Assembly: GCA_963664195.1 (NCBI GenBank)
Contig: OY760907.1
Coordinates: 2,592,001-2,656,000, forward strand
Source of the DNA: an uncultured candidate division Zixibacteria bacterium
GTDB taxonomy: Bacteria; Zixibacteria; MSB-5A5; GN15; FEB-12
DNA length: 64,000 bases
Direction of reading: 5' to 3'
Under the pieces are notes generated by a model. It was given only the letters and a program-made list of their open reading frames with translations, had not been told where the DNA came from and did no database searches. Position 1 is the first letter of the stretch. The number at the start of each line of letters is the position of its first letter. Of this stretch, positions 1 through 10,264 are shown in pieces. Made by a program: the position numbers and the translations under genes.

Positions 1-57
1 GACATCCTTCTTGCTCTTCTCCCAAGACTTTCGTAAATTTCCGGCCGTTCAAAGAAC

Positions 58-90
58 AAGTCACCCTGAGCCTGTCGAAGGGTGGCCCTT
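58..90 (+). repeat. Palindromic repeat family A (AGTCA-CCCTGAGCCTGTCGAAGGG-TG)
   Basis: Same core as the copies at 39793, 40020, 40897 (forward) and 32250, 40833, 41237, 61963 (reverse). Confidence 0.8.
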
Positions 91-92
91 AC

Positions 93-166
93 GCCCCCGT
101 AGCTCAGTAGGATAGAGCACCGGTTTCCTAAACCGGGTGTCGCAGGTTCGAATCCTGCCGGGGGTA
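93..166 (+). tRNA. tRNA-Arg(CCT), no encoded CCA
   Basis: Acceptor stem GCCCCCG/CGGGGGT, D-arm AGCTCAGTAGGATAGAGC, anticodon arm CCGGT-TTCCTAA-ACCGG, T-loop GGTTCGAATCC. Confidence 0.95.
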
Positions 167-250
167 TTTTTTTGGCGAAATGGGCGATGCCCGTTCGTTC
201 AGGGGGCGAGGAGTATTACTTCAACGCTGACGCGGGAGGAATAGCGCGGC

Positions 251-1618
251 ATGATCAAGCACATCACTTTCTGTCTGGCCTTCGTTTTCTTAACAGCGGT
301 CGTTTTTTCTGGCAGCGTACGGGCTGTTGACAGCGCCTTAACCGACTTGGTGATCCAGGGTGACTGGGGCGAGGTGTCACGGCTGCTGGCGTCTGACTCC
401 ACCGAGTTGGATGATCCCGTCGTTGCTATGCTGCTGGGACACGCGTGCGATCAGACGAACGGGGTGGACTGCGAACGGTATGGTTTGAGCGACGACTCGG
501 CTCGTGCAGCGTGGCTTGCCTGGACAGAGTCTCTTGCGGAACGCTATCCAGACAAAACTGTCGCATTCTACCTCAGGGGTGATGCGCATGCGCGAATCTA
601 TGAGTACGAAGGGGCGATAGCGGACTACGCGAGGGCCACTGAGATAGACGAGAAATACGCTCCCGCCTACGCCGCCCTCGGCGGAGTGTACTGGCTAAAG
701 AGAAACACGAAAGAGGCTCTGACGGCCTTCTCGAAATCTATCAAGATCGACAAGAGATATGCCAGCGCACGCGGCAACCGTGCCAGCCTCTACAGATCGT
801 TAGGAGAGTACAAGCGAGCGTTGAAGGACTACAAAGAAGCGCTCAAACTCGTGCCTGATGACGCAAGCACCTATTTCAACAGGGGAAACGTCTACGAAGA
901 TCTGGAAGAGTACGAGAAGGCAATAGAAGACTATACGACTGCGATTCGATTGGATTCCGGCAACGCCGATTTCTATTTCAATCGAGGCAACAACTATCTC
1001 AAGGCTGGCGACCTCGATCTGGCACGCTCCGACTACACTGCCGCTCTGGCTGTGGACTCGACATTCGGCAGTGCACTCGCGAACCGCGCCGCCATCTATT
1101 TGGTCGAGGAAAGGTTCGACGAGGCAATGGTTGACTATACCGAAGCTCTACGGGTTGAGCCTAATGATCTTGCCAACTATACCAATCGTGCGATGGCGTT
1201 CACGCGAATGGAGTTGTACGATTCTGCTATTGCCGACTGCAACGCTGCCCTCAGCCTCGACTCGACGGATGCGGAGTCATACTATTATCGAGGCGTCGCC
1301 TACAACAGGATGAAGGAAGGCACGAAGGCGCTCGCCGATTTCACGACCGCGATTCGATTCGACTCAAACCTAGCGATCGCACACCTGAGACGCGGGATGA
1401 TCTATCGCGACAACGGGAGGATTGAGGAAGCAATCCAAGATTTCACTGGTGCCATTGAAGCTGATAGGGACTATGCGATGGCCTACGATGCCCGAGGCCG
1501 CTTGTACATGCTGGAAGTTGGCGACAAAGTGAGCGCCTGCAAGGATTGGAAACGTGCCTGTCAGTTGGGGCGTTGCTCAAACTACGTTATTGCCAAGGAA
1601 AAGGGTGACTGCAAATAG
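251..1618 (+). CDS. Exported tetratricopeptide-repeat protein
   Basis: N-terminal signal peptide; about 10 TPR units (AYxNRG...AIxDYxxAI); C-terminal ACKDWKRACQLG cap. Confidence 0.9.
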   Translation: MIKHITFCLAFVFLTAVVFSGSVRAVDSALTDLVIQGDWGEVSRLLASDSTELDDPVVAMLLGHACDQTNGVDCERYGLSDDSARAAWLAWTESLAERYPDKTVAFYLRGDAHARIYEYEGAIADYARATEIDEKYAPAYAALGGVYWLKRNTKEALTAFSKSIKIDKRYASARGNRASLYRSLGEYKRALKDYKEALKLVPDDASTYFNRGNVYEDLEEYEKAIEDYTTAIRLDSGNADFYFNRGNNYLKAGDLDLARSDYTAALAVDSTFGSALANRAAIYLVEERFDEAMVDYTEALRVEPNDLANYTNRAMAFTRMELYDSAIADCNAALSLDSTDAESYYYRGVAYNRMKEGTKALADFTTAIRFDSNLAIAHLRRGMIYRDNGRIEEAIQDFTGAIEADRDYAMAYDARGRLYMLEVGDKVSACKDWKRACQLGRCSNYVIAKEKGDCK

Positions 1619-1708
1619 CGGAGTTCCCCCCCCTCCCCAATTTCCTCTTGCTCCCCGCCTAAAAACTGACTTCTTTGGGTCCATCACTCAATAATCTGGA
1701 GGGATCCT

Positions 1709-2050
1709 ATGGTTCTCAGAAAAGTTGGCGTGCTTTCGTGCGCTAAACTATCCGGTGCGCTCTATGCTGCCATGGGTCTGATCATTGGAGCGGTTCTGTC
1801 TCTTTTCGGCATTCTGGGTTCGGCGCTTGGAGGTGAGTTCTCTCCCGAGGGGCTTGGTTTCGGTCTCGTATTTGGAATCGGGGCTATTATCTTCTTGCCG
1901 CTCATGTACGGTGTCCTCGGATTCATCGTCGGTGCGATAATGGCTTTCCTGTACAACGTGGTGGCCGGGTACATCGGGGGCATCGAGGTTGAGTTTGCTG
2001 AAAGTCCCCCCTCTCCGTACGGTGAGCAGCCGTCGCAGCCGATGCCGTAG
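1709..2050 (+). CDS. Small membrane protein (DUF3566-like)
   Basis: Two hydrophobic helices; LRKVGVLSCAK...LYNVVAGYIGGIEV pattern; GGAGG RBS. Confidence 0.7.
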   Translation: MVLRKVGVLSCAKLSGALYAAMGLIIGAVLSLFGILGSALGGEFSPEGLGFGLVFGIGAIIFLPLMYGVLGFIVGAIMAFLYNVVAGYIGGIEVEFAESPPSPYGEQPSQPMP

Positions 2051-2072
2051 GGAGAGCGCGAGTCGTCAGGCT

Positions 2073-2100
2073 GGGGCAGACGGGGGCGTCTGCCGCCCAC
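2073..2100 (-). repeat. REP-like family B (GTGGGCGGCAGACGCCCCCGTCTGCCCC)
   Basis: Near-identical to 62644-62671 and 62560-62602; related copies at 18935 and 61778. Confidence 0.8.
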
Positions 2101-2235
2101 AGAATGACTGGTATGTGACCAAGATGTTCACTCGGGGCGGGGATGTTCCGCGGGTGAAGCTCGAGACGTCCTCCGGCCGGGTGAGTCTCAAGGAGAATTG
2201 ATCGAGGGAACGCAACCCCTGACTGCCAAATTCAC

Positions 2236-2270
2236 ACGGCAGGGTACTCTACGCCCTGCCGTTTTTTCTT
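2236..2270 (+). terminator. Rho-independent terminator
   Basis: ACGGCAGGGT/GCCCTGCCGT stem followed by a T-run. Confidence 0.75.
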
Positions 2271-2351
2271 GCCGGGACACCGTCATCTGCTTATCCGTTA
2301 CATGAATCAACAGACCACCTGAATCAACCGTCGTATGGGAGAACCGCACTC

Positions 2352-3584
2352 GTGTCAGGATTTACGATAGTCGCCATCTTTATCACTGCTGCGGCACTCG
2401 CCAGCTACGTCAACTACCGCTTCATCAAGTTGCCCTCGACAATAGGTCTCATGGTCATCGGTCTGACTATGTCACTGGGGGTCATCGCGCTTAGCAAACT
2501 CGGCGTGGCGACCGATGATCTGGCCGTGCGGTTTCTCGGACGCATCGATTTTGGCGAAACGCTGATGAAGGGGATGTTGTCGTTTTTGCTATTCGCCGGA
2601 GCGCTGAAGGTCAATCTCAACGATTTGGCTAGGCGGAAACTTGCCATAACGAGTTTGGCCACCGGCGGTGTGATAGCGACAACGTTCATAGTAGGTACGT
2701 CGCTCTATTATATCCTGCGTCTTTTTGAGACGGGCTTGCCGTATGCCTACTGTCTGGTTTTTGGCGCGCTGATAGCGCCGACAGATCCCGTGGCCGTGAT
2801 GGCGATTCTCAAGTCCGCAAATGTCCCCAAGTCACTGGAAACGAAAATCGCCGGGGAGTCGCTTTTCAATGATGGGGTTGGTGTGGTCGTGTTCACGGTC
2901 ATGGTCGGGATCGCCACCACGTCCGGGGGAGAGTCAAGCTCGATCGGGCACATCCTGTCCCTTTTTGCCAAGGAGGCTGTCGGGGGTGTCATCTTTGGTG
3001 CAGGTATCGGCTGGTTTGCGTACCTGTTGCTAAGGAATGTCGATGACTACACGGTTGAAGTATTGCTGACGCTTGGTCTGGTGTCAGGAGGGTACGCTCT
3101 GGCCTCGGCTTTGCACACCTCTGGCCCCATAGCTATTGTTGTCGCCGGGCTGCTGATCGGCAACTACGGTCGTCGGCTGGCGATGTCCGAGGTGACTCGC
3201 GATCATCTGGACAAGTTCTGGGAGTTGGTGGACGAAATCCTCAATGCGGTTCTGTTCGTCTGGATAGGCATGGAGATGCTCGTGCTTGCCTTCAACTCCA
3301 GCTATCTTCTGACAGGCCTGATAGCGATTCCGCTGACACTATTTGCTCGGTTTGCAAGTGTCTGGTCAATCATAGGCATTCTCAAGCGATTCAAGCGGAA
3401 GTTCAGTGACAACGCGACGCTGATTTTGACGTGGGGGGGCCTTCGCGGCGGCATCAGCATTGCACTGGCGTTGTCGCTGTCGGCGGGGGAGGCGAGGGAC
3501 CTGATCGTCTCCATAACGTATGTGGTTGTGGTCTTCTCGATATTGGTTCAGGGGCTTACAATCAAGCGCCTGGTCAAGTCGTGA
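2352..3584 (+). CDS. nhaP: Na+/H+ antiporter, CPA1/NhaP family
   Basis: About 12 TM helices; motifs [29 protein letters not shown]. Confidence 0.92.
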   Translation: MSGFTIVAIFITAAALASYVNYRFIKLPSTIGLMVIGLTMSLGVIALSKLGVATDDLAVRFLGRIDFGETLMKGMLSFLLFAGALKVNLNDLARRKLAITSLATGGVIATTFIVGTSLYYILRLFETGLPYAYCLVFGALIAPTDPVAVMAILKSANVPKSLETKIAGESLFNDGVGVVVFTVMVGIATTSGGESSSIGHILSLFAKEAVGGVIFGAGIGWFAYLLLRNVDDYTVEVLLTLGLVSGGYALASALHTSGPIAIVVAGLLIGNYGRRLAMSEVTRDHLDKFWELVDEILNAVLFVWIGMEMLVLAFNSSYLLTGLIAIPLTLFARFASVWSIIGILKRFKRKFSDNATLILTWGGLRGGISIALALSLSAGEARDLIVSITYVVVVFSILVQGLTIKRLVKS

Positions 3585-3807
3585 GTCGGCTTCTAAGCGG
3601 TTTGCCCGCAAAGCAATAGGTGAATACTGTGGCGTGCGATGTTACGCGACACCCGGCAGTTCGACAGACTGTGTGATGTTCAAAGGCGCTTGTGTGGCCA
3701 TGTGGTGAATGGCGCGTGACTTTTTTCACGGAATTCTCGCAGTTGCCTGTCACACTGCAACTTATTCCAAATCAAGCGGATAACCCGCAGAAAACAGACA
3801 ATTTCGT

Positions 3808-3836
3808 TTGACAGCCAGTGATGACGGGCCTATATT
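3808..3836 (+). promoter_or_regulatory. Sigma-70 promoter
   Basis: TTGACA-17 bp-TATATT about 85 bp upstream of the CDS at 3920; palindrome CGTGA-N6-TCACG at 3715-3730. Confidence 0.7.
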
Positions 3837-3919
3837 CTTTGATTATTTTCGGCGGGCAATCCGTCTATACAGCAGTGAATGATGTGTGTACTTGAATGAT
3901 AGGTTAAGGAGTCTACGGG

Positions 3920-5389
3920 ATGAAAGGCTTTCTTGTTGGATTGTTGGCGTTGCTCATGATCCCTGGGGCTGTGTGTTTTGCTCAGGACGCGGATACAGAA
4001 GTACAGGCGTGGCCGAGGGCCTTTCCCTCAGTGCGCGATTTTACCGGAAGTGGTGCGCGCGCTGCCGGCATGGGAAACGCTTTTATTGGCGTGGCCGATG
4101 ATATCAGTGCCGTGAGTTGGAACCCTGCCGGATTGTATCGAAACAACAATCCATTTGAGCAGCCGGTGCTATCGCTCGGGTATGCTAGTTTTACCGGTGA
4201 TAGCAAGACCGCGGTTACCGGAGTTGGTGACCCGCGTTCCTTTGATGCCAACGAGACTTTCGGCGGCTTTGACATTATCAGCTTTCTCGCGCCCGTGAGA
4301 ATCAAGGGGCATCCATTCGTGATTTCCGGCAGTTACAATCGGTTGGACGACGAGTATTCAACGGACGGCGTGTTCTTTGACACCACGCGAGCCTATACGC
4401 TGGAAGATTTTGAAAACAACGTATTCCATCCGTACAACCTTGGCATCGGCACTGTGTACTACTCAGGCGCCAACGCGCTCAATCTCGGATTCGGCACCCG
4501 CCTATACGGCAATCTGTCATTCGGTGTTGCAGTTAACGTCTACTCCGGCCAGTCCACGTACGAAGTTCTGGCCACTGAAGTACGGGACGGAGTTGTCACC
4601 GAGGAGAGCCTGGGGCAACGCGTGAAGATTGAGGAGTATCGCCTGGTGATTGATTCTACCTCATATTCTGGCAGCTGTTTCACATTTGGCCTGAGCTATG
4701 CTTCGGAGAAGCTGTCGGCTGGTTTGATCTTCAAGACTCCACATGTTTTGGAGCAAATGACTGACCGCAAGGACAGTCTTCTGACGTATACAAACGGGAC
4801 TGATCCGGACGGTTTGACGCGCCACTTCGATGACAACCTGGTTGAACTTGATATGCCGTTGACGGTTGGATTCGGCCTCGGCTACAACGTAACGGAAAAG
4901 CTTCTCGTTGCTGCCGACGTTGAATACCGCGCCTTCGGCAGCGGTGAGGTCAACGTCCGTGATTCTCTCGAGATCATCTCCGGTGATAACGACATAGAGT
5001 ATTTCAGCAATTTCGATCCGAAATGGGATAACGTCTTTGCCTTCCGGATGGGCACAGAGTACTCACTTGAGACGGGCAAGTCGCTCTTCCCGGTGGTTCC
5101 ACTGCGGCTCGGGTTCTCCTACACGCCGATTCCGACCAGCGCCGTGGTGATGGGAGTTGTGTCCGAGTCTTCAGCCAAAACCAATCTTACGTTTGGCGCT
5201 GGCCTTCGCTGGGACCAGGTACATCTTGATTTTGCCTACGTGAATTCATCGCTTTCACGTGACTACGACCGGTCCTACCGCCTGGGCGTTCCCAACGATC
5301 TGACGGGCGAGAGACCGTTGAGAGTCACGAGTAACAGCGATGACAACAGTGATCATGCGTTTAAGGTTACTTTCACTGGTTTCTTCTAG
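3920..5389 (+). CDS. Outer-membrane beta-barrel, FadL/OmpP1/PorV-like
   Basis: Signal peptide; GARAAGMGNAFIGVADD..WNPAGL hatch motif; amphipathic beta strands; C-terminal Phe. Confidence 0.82.
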   Translation: MKGFLVGLLALLMIPGAVCFAQDADTEVQAWPRAFPSVRDFTGSGARAAGMGNAFIGVADDISAVSWNPAGLYRNNNPFEQPVLSLGYASFTGDSKTAVTGVGDPRSFDANETFGGFDIISFLAPVRIKGHPFVISGSYNRLDDEYSTDGVFFDTTRAYTLEDFENNVFHPYNLGIGTVYYSGANALNLGFGTRLYGNLSFGVAVNVYSGQSTYEVLATEVRDGVVTEESLGQRVKIEEYRLVIDSTSYSGSCFTFGLSYASEKLSAGLIFKTPHVLEQMTDRKDSLLTYTNGTDPDGLTRHFDDNLVELDMPLTVGFGLGYNVTEKLLVAADVEYRAFGSGEVNVRDSLEIISGDNDIEYFSNFDPKWDNVFAFRMGTEYSLETGKSLFPVVPLRLGFSYTPIPTSAVVMGVVSESSAKTNLTFGAGLRWDQVHLDFAYVNSSLSRDYDRSYRLGVPNDLTGERPLRVTSNSDDNSDHAFKVTFTGFF

Positions 5390-5547
5390 AGAGAAATGAC
5401 CAGGCGACAGATTCAGGCAATGATGCAGAAAACCTACGGTGGCCGGAAGACCCGGCCACCGATTCTAATCTCAGCCCGTATAGTCTAAGATGAGAGGGCT
5501 GGCTACCGATAGAACCAACATATATAGACGGTTACCAGGAGTGATTG

Positions 5548-6222
5548 ATGCAGGGTAAAGTAAAGCTGACCAAACGACAGGTCAAAGAAGATAAGTTTAC
5601 CACGTTCATGCTGACTTCTAAGGACAAGTTCCTTGAGAACTGGCAGTTCTACGTCGGTGGTTTAGTTGTGGTCGTTCTTGCGATATCCTTCTTTTCATGG
5701 TATGTCAATCACAGCGGCGACCAGGAAACTCTGGCGGCGGAGAAATTCGCTTCGGCGTCCATGAGCTATTCCCAGGACGAGTATCAGATCGCCCGGCTCG
5801 GATTCAGCGAAATCCTTGACGACTTCTCCGGTTCGGCCGTGGCCGCTCAGGCTACGTTCCTTCTGGGCAACATCTGTCTTGATTCACGTGAGTATGATGA
5901 AGCCCAACGATATTTCGAGATGTACCTCCGCAAGTACAAAGATGACCAGCTCAGTCGCGCCTCGGCATTGGCCGGAATAGCAACCGCCAATGAGAATCAG
6001 GCCAAGTACGCTGATGCGGCTGGCTACTTCGTACGGGCCTCCCAGGAATTCCACGATGGTCCTCTGGCCGGTGAGTACGAGTTGGGAGCCGTACGGAATT
6101 TCATCAAAGCTGATGATACCGAGGGTGCCAAAGGACGTTTGGAAGTGCTGAAGGCGGATTTTGACGGCGACCAGGTTGTCGATCAGGCAATTCGCCTAAT
6201 GAGCGAAAAGGGGCAGATCTAG
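5548..6222 (+). CDS. Membrane-anchored TPR protein (YfgM-like)
   Basis: KLTKRQVKEDKF N-terminus, one TM helix, TPR helices; GGAG RBS before ATG 5548. Confidence 0.75.
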   Translation: MQGKVKLTKRQVKEDKFTTFMLTSKDKFLENWQFYVGGLVVVVLAISFFSWYVNHSGDQETLAAEKFASASMSYSQDEYQIARLGFSEILDDFSGSAVAAQATFLLGNICLDSREYDEAQRYFEMYLRKYKDDQLSRASALAGIATANENQAKYADAAGYFVRASQEFHDGPLAGEYELGAVRNFIKADDTEGAKGRLEVLKADFDGDQVVDQAIRLMSEKGQI

Positions 6223-6240
6223 AGGCCCCGACGGAGAAAC

Positions 6241-8370
6241 GTGGCCAAGCCAACTGCCATAAGAGTCGCCATTCTATGGCACATGCACCAGCCCGACTAT
6301 CGTGAGCCGCATTCCAATCGGCTAGCCATGCCGTGGGTGCGACTGCACGCCCTCAAAGACTACCTCGATATGCCCCTCAATGCAGGGGCTTTCGAGAATG
6401 TACACGTTACGTTCAATCTCGTCCCCTCACTGCTGGATCAGCTCAAGCTCTATACCGAGGGTGGTTCCGACAGTCATCTCGACCTCTCCCGCGCGCCGGT
6501 GGAAGTCCTTTCGTCCGAACAGAAACTGGAGTTGCTCGAGTCATTCTTCGCGGCCAACCCGGCACAGATGATCAATCCGTTCCCGCGGTACCGCGAGTTG
6601 TATCGGAAGTACAACTCCGGCCGGAGCGATCGCGGGGCCTTGGTAAGCCTCTTTTCATCAGCCGAAATACGGGACTTGCAGGTCTGGTCAAATCTGGCCT
6701 GGGTTGACCCTATCTTCAGGGACGAGGCGCCGATTACCGCACTTTTTGCCAAGGGCCGGCACTTCTCCGAGGAGGAGAAACAGGTCATGCTTGACTGGCA
6801 ACTTGGCCTTATGCGGAGAGTCGTCCCCACCTATCAGAAGCTCCAGAAGGAGGGGCGGACGGAGATTTCGTTTACCCCGTATTACCATCCGATTTTACCG
6901 CTGCTCTGTGACACCAACGTTGCCACGGAAGCGCTGCCGAGTATCAAACTTCCCTCCGAGCGATTCGTGCATCCGGAGGATGCTGAGAACCAGATTGCCA
7001 AGTCTGTGGAGCTGTATCGGGAACTGTTTGGCGGTGACATGCCGGGCATGTGGCCCTCGGAAGGGTCGGTCTCTGAAGAAGTATTGGGGATTATCGCTCG
7101 CCACGGCATCAAGTGGGTGGCAACAGACGAGGAAATCCTCTCTCACTCGCTGGCCAAGTCGGGGTTGAATCCGTCTGACAATCCGATACACAGCGTATAC
7201 AAATACGGACCGGGGCTGAAGATGCTCTTCCGAGATCATGCCCTGTCCGACAGGATCGGATTCGTGTATTCGACCTGGAATGCAGATCGCGCGGTGGCAG
7301 ATTTTGTAGGACATCTCAAGCGACTGCGGTCGATTTATCAGAACCGGCTGGATCGGGTTGTCGTGCCGATCATACTCGACGGTGAAAACGCCTGGGAGTA
7401 TTTCCCTGACGACGCCACGGATTTCCTGCGGTTGTTCTACCAGACGCTCGACGAAGACCCGGAGATAAGAACGGTTACCATGAGCGAGGCCGCTTCGGAA
7501 GTGGAGGCGCGGCCACTGCCCTCGGTTTTTGCCGGGTCCTGGATCAATCATAGTTTTCGTATTTGGATAGGCCACGCCGAAGATAACGCCGCCTGGGATC
7601 TGTTGAAAACGACGCGGGACACGGTTGTACGATTCCAGACAGAGCATCCGGATTACGACCGGGAAAAAATCGCCGCCGCGTGGGAGCGGATTTATGTTGC
7701 CGAGGGATCCGACTGGTGTTGGTGGTACGGCGATGAGCATCGCGGTGCCCACAACGAGCAGTTTGACCGGATATTCAGACAACACCTTATAGCCGTATAC
7801 GAACTGCTGTCGCTGGATATTCCGTTTGAGCACCTCAAGCCGATCCACATCGGCGGGGCCGGGACGCAGGTGGTACCGCCGGATACGCTGGTAACGCCGG
7901 AGATCGACGGACGGGTGACGCACTTCTACGAATGGTCAGGAGCAGGCTTCTTCGATTGTTCGCTGGTCGGTGGTTCGATGCATCAGGTAGACCGGCAGGT
8001 CTCCGGGGTTTACTTCGCCTACGATCATGACCGTTTCTACATTCGGCTTGACTTCCGTTCTAGAAAAGACTTAGACTTGATCGCAGGTCTGAGAGTTGCC
8101 GTCTCGTTTTTTGTGCCGGAACTCTCTATCGATTTCCGTCTGGATGAGGATTCCGCCGTTGGCGGCGAAGAGGGCAAGTTCAGTTATGCCCTTGATGACA
8201 TTCTGGAAATGGCGATCGAACGGGACTACCTGTGGACCGAGGGGTTTGGTGCGCTCAGTTTTACCGTGACCCTGTTTGAGCGTGATCAGAAGATCGAGAG
8301 TTGGCCGGAACACGAGCCGGTCGAACTTGAAGTTCCCGACAGGAACAGGGAGCTTTTTTGGCCGCTGTAA
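6241..8370 (+). CDS. Glycoside hydrolase family 57 (amylopullulanase-like)
   Basis: WHMHQP, PWVRLH, TPYYHPILP, WPSEG (nucleophile), LDGEN (acid/base), AEGSDW motifs. Confidence 0.92.
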   Translation: MAKPTAIRVAILWHMHQPDYREPHSNRLAMPWVRLHALKDYLDMPLNAGAFENVHVTFNLVPSLLDQLKLYTEGGSDSHLDLSRAPVEVLSSEQKLELLESFFAANPAQMINPFPRYRELYRKYNSGRSDRGALVSLFSSAEIRDLQVWSNLAWVDPIFRDEAPITALFAKGRHFSEEEKQVMLDWQLGLMRRVVPTYQKLQKEGRTEISFTPYYHPILPLLCDTNVATEALPSIKLPSERFVHPEDAENQIAKSVELYRELFGGDMPGMWPSEGSVSEEVLGIIARHGIKWVATDEEILSHSLAKSGLNPSDNPIHSVYKYGPGLKMLFRDHALSDRIGFVYSTWNADRAVADFVGHLKRLRSIYQNRLDRVVVPIILDGENAWEYFPDDATDFLRLFYQTLDEDPEIRTVTMSEAASEVEARPLPSVFAGSWINHSFRIWIGHAEDNAAWDLLKTTRDTVVRFQTEHPDYDREKIAAAWERIYVAEGSDWCWWYGDEHRGAHNEQFDRIFRQHLIAVYELLSLDIPFEHLKPIHIGGAGTQVVPPDTLVTPEIDGRVTHFYEWSGAGFFDCSLVGGSMHQVDRQVSGVYFAYDHDRFYIRLDFRSRKDLDLIAGLRVAVSFFVPELSIDFRLDEDSAVGGEEGKFSYALDDILEMAIERDYLWTEGFGALSFTVTLFERDQKIESWPEHEPVELEVPDRNRELFWPL

Positions 8371-8397
8371 CTGACGGAACGCAAGGAGCGAAGCATT

Positions 8398-8799
8398 ATG
8401 GCAGAATCATCTTTTTTCGACAACCAGTCGGACGACAAATCCTCGGGGGAGATTCCGAATCTCGACGGTTCTAATACGCAATCTGAGGACGGCAGGTTCG
8501 CCACGGATGAAGGTCGGTTGGCGGCGATCATGTCGTATATCCCTTTTCTGTGTTTTATCCCGCTCCTGAATATGAAGCACAACGAGGAAGCTCGGTTTCA
8601 CGCTCGGCAGGGGGTCATGCTATTTTTGATAGAACTGCTCGCAGCGCTGTTCCTCGTGGACCGCATAGCCAATTTCGTTTTCACAGCGGTGTTGATCGTG
8701 GCCGTTGCGTTTGCGATTGCAGGGATCTACTTCGCCCTGCAGGGTAAGAACTACAAGTTACCGATCGTCGGCGACCTGGCCGACAAGTCCAGACTCTAG
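8398..8799 (+). CDS. DUF4870-like membrane protein
   Basis: AAIMSYI...RFHARQG...G..YKLPIVG pattern. Confidence 0.75.
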   Translation: MAESSFFDNQSDDKSSGEIPNLDGSNTQSEDGRFATDEGRLAAIMSYIPFLCFIPLLNMKHNEEARFHARQGVMLFLIELLAALFLVDRIANFVFTAVLIVAVAFAIAGIYFALQGKNYKLPIVGDLADKSRL

Positions 8800-8805
8800 G
8801 TGACC

Positions 8806-9618
8806 ATGAAACGTCTGTGCCTGCTGATTGTGATGACGGCGGCCCTCGCGCTCGGATGCGCCACTACCGGTCCCGGTGGGAAAACATCGCTGATCCTTAT
8901 TCCTACCAGTCAGGAAGTTGCCATAGGCGCCGGCATGGCGCAGCAATTGGCGGAAACAGAGACCGCTCTTGCCGATGATGAGTGGCAGAGGTATCTCAAC
9001 GAAATCGGTCAGAAAATTGTCACCGTTTGTGATCGCAAAGATATCGAGTATCACTTCACCGTAATCGAATCCGATCAGATTAATGCTTTCGCTGCACCGG
9101 GTGGGTATGTCTACTTCTATACCGGGCTGCTTCGAGAAATGGACAACGAGGCCGAACTCGCGGCTGTGATGGCCCACGAAATCTCCCATGTCGTTGCGCG
9201 CCACGGCATCAAGCGTCTCCAGACTATTATGGGCGTCTCGCTTGCATACGAGGTTGCCTTCGGTGACGAATCGTCCGAGGTTGTCCAGACCGCTGTGGGA
9301 CTGGGACTGACGCTCCTGACAGCATCGTACTCCCGATCTAACGAAAGAGAAGCCGATGATTACGGGATGACCTATATGATGCGCGCCGGCTATCACCCTG
9401 ACGGCATGATAGGTATGTTTAACAAGCTGGCGGCCACGGGGAGTGGCGGGTCTGATGTTTTTGAACAGCTTCTCTCATCTCACCCTGAAACACAGGAACG
9501 TATCAACAATGCCCGGACAAGAATCAACGCTATGCCGTCGATTCCAGCCTCGCTCACTTTTGGCGAAACACGCTACCGGCAAATGTTGAACCGTTTACCT
9601 TCGAAACAGACCCCATAG
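8806..9618 (+). CDS. M48 family zinc metalloprotease lipoprotein
   Basis: Lipobox LALGC; NAFAAPGG, HEISH, YSR..E.EAD, SHP motifs; alternative GTG start at 8800. Confidence 0.9.
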   Translation: MKRLCLLIVMTAALALGCATTGPGGKTSLILIPTSQEVAIGAGMAQQLAETETALADDEWQRYLNEIGQKIVTVCDRKDIEYHFTVIESDQINAFAAPGGYVYFYTGLLREMDNEAELAAVMAHEISHVVARHGIKRLQTIMGVSLAYEVAFGDESSEVVQTAVGLGLTLLTASYSRSNEREADDYGMTYMMRAGYHPDGMIGMFNKLAATGSGGSDVFEQLLSSHPETQERINNARTRINAMPSIPASLTFGETRYRQMLNRLPSKQTP

Positions 9619-10208
9619 GGCTTTCCTTTCGGCCGACACGTCTTGTCTTGACCTCTCGCCAGAATTCTCTACCCGGAACTTGCTGTGGGGCAAGGGGGCT
9701 GCCACATAAGGGGGTAGATCTCTCTGGAATCAATCGCTGACTGGAATGCCGATCTCGGTGATCAGTGTCTATTATCCTGGAGTAAGTCGTTGTCTTGCAA
9801 CGGCCATTCCGATGGGAAATATTTTCCGGAATCGTCTTGGTTTTAGTTGACTTGTTTTGCTGAAAGTGATAAATCAAGAGCAGAAAATGTTGGGACATCC
9901 CCATACCAGGGGTGTTGAACCTGCGCAGATTTCCGACAATTCTAGTAAGGTTGTGAGTTTATTGACATCTCTCATAACGGGCTATTGGACAGCGGTTTGA
10001 GACTAGGGTCCTGACAAGATGCGGTGCTGGTTGTTCAAGATTGGATCAATCACGGCCTAAAACGCCTATCTGCGGTCACTATTGACCGTCCCGTATCTCA
10101 ACTCAGGCGCGTAATCGCTGCCCGCTAACAGATTGGATGTTAACAGGTTAGGGGCTAGAATGCGTCGATTTGCAGATTTTGTCAAAACAAGAATACAAGG
10201 ACCTCCCC

Positions 10209-10224
10209 TTGGCACTGGCATTGC
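10209..10224 (+). promoter_or_regulatory. Sigma-54 (-24/-12) promoter
   Basis: TTGGCACTGGCATTGC, GG-N10-GC, 40 bp upstream of ATG 10265. Confidence 0.7.
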
Positions 10225-10264
10225 CCTTTCCGTAAGGCAAAATCAGTATAGAAGGGGATCGAAG

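Noticed and set aside
93..2050. Integrative element at tRNA-Arg
   Set aside because: No integrase and no visible att duplication in the window.
2127..2270. Possible Na+/Li+ riboswitch or ncRNA upstream of nhaP (long GC hairpin plus terminator)
   Set aside because: I could not match conserved nucleotides of nhaA-I/II or DUF1646 motifs; the terminator fits the upstream gene. An Rfam cmscan would settle it.
5390..5515. Possible c-di-GMP-I riboswitch (two hairpins, GGCTACC)
   Set aside because: The GGCAAA/GACGCAAA core and tetraloop-receptor pattern are missing.
6895..7923. Long antisense ORFs (also 25584-26495, 31026-32063, 46564-47493, 57841-58890, 63122-63991)
   Set aside because: They largely overlap well-supported genes on the other strand, which is common in GC-rich DNA, and show no motifs.
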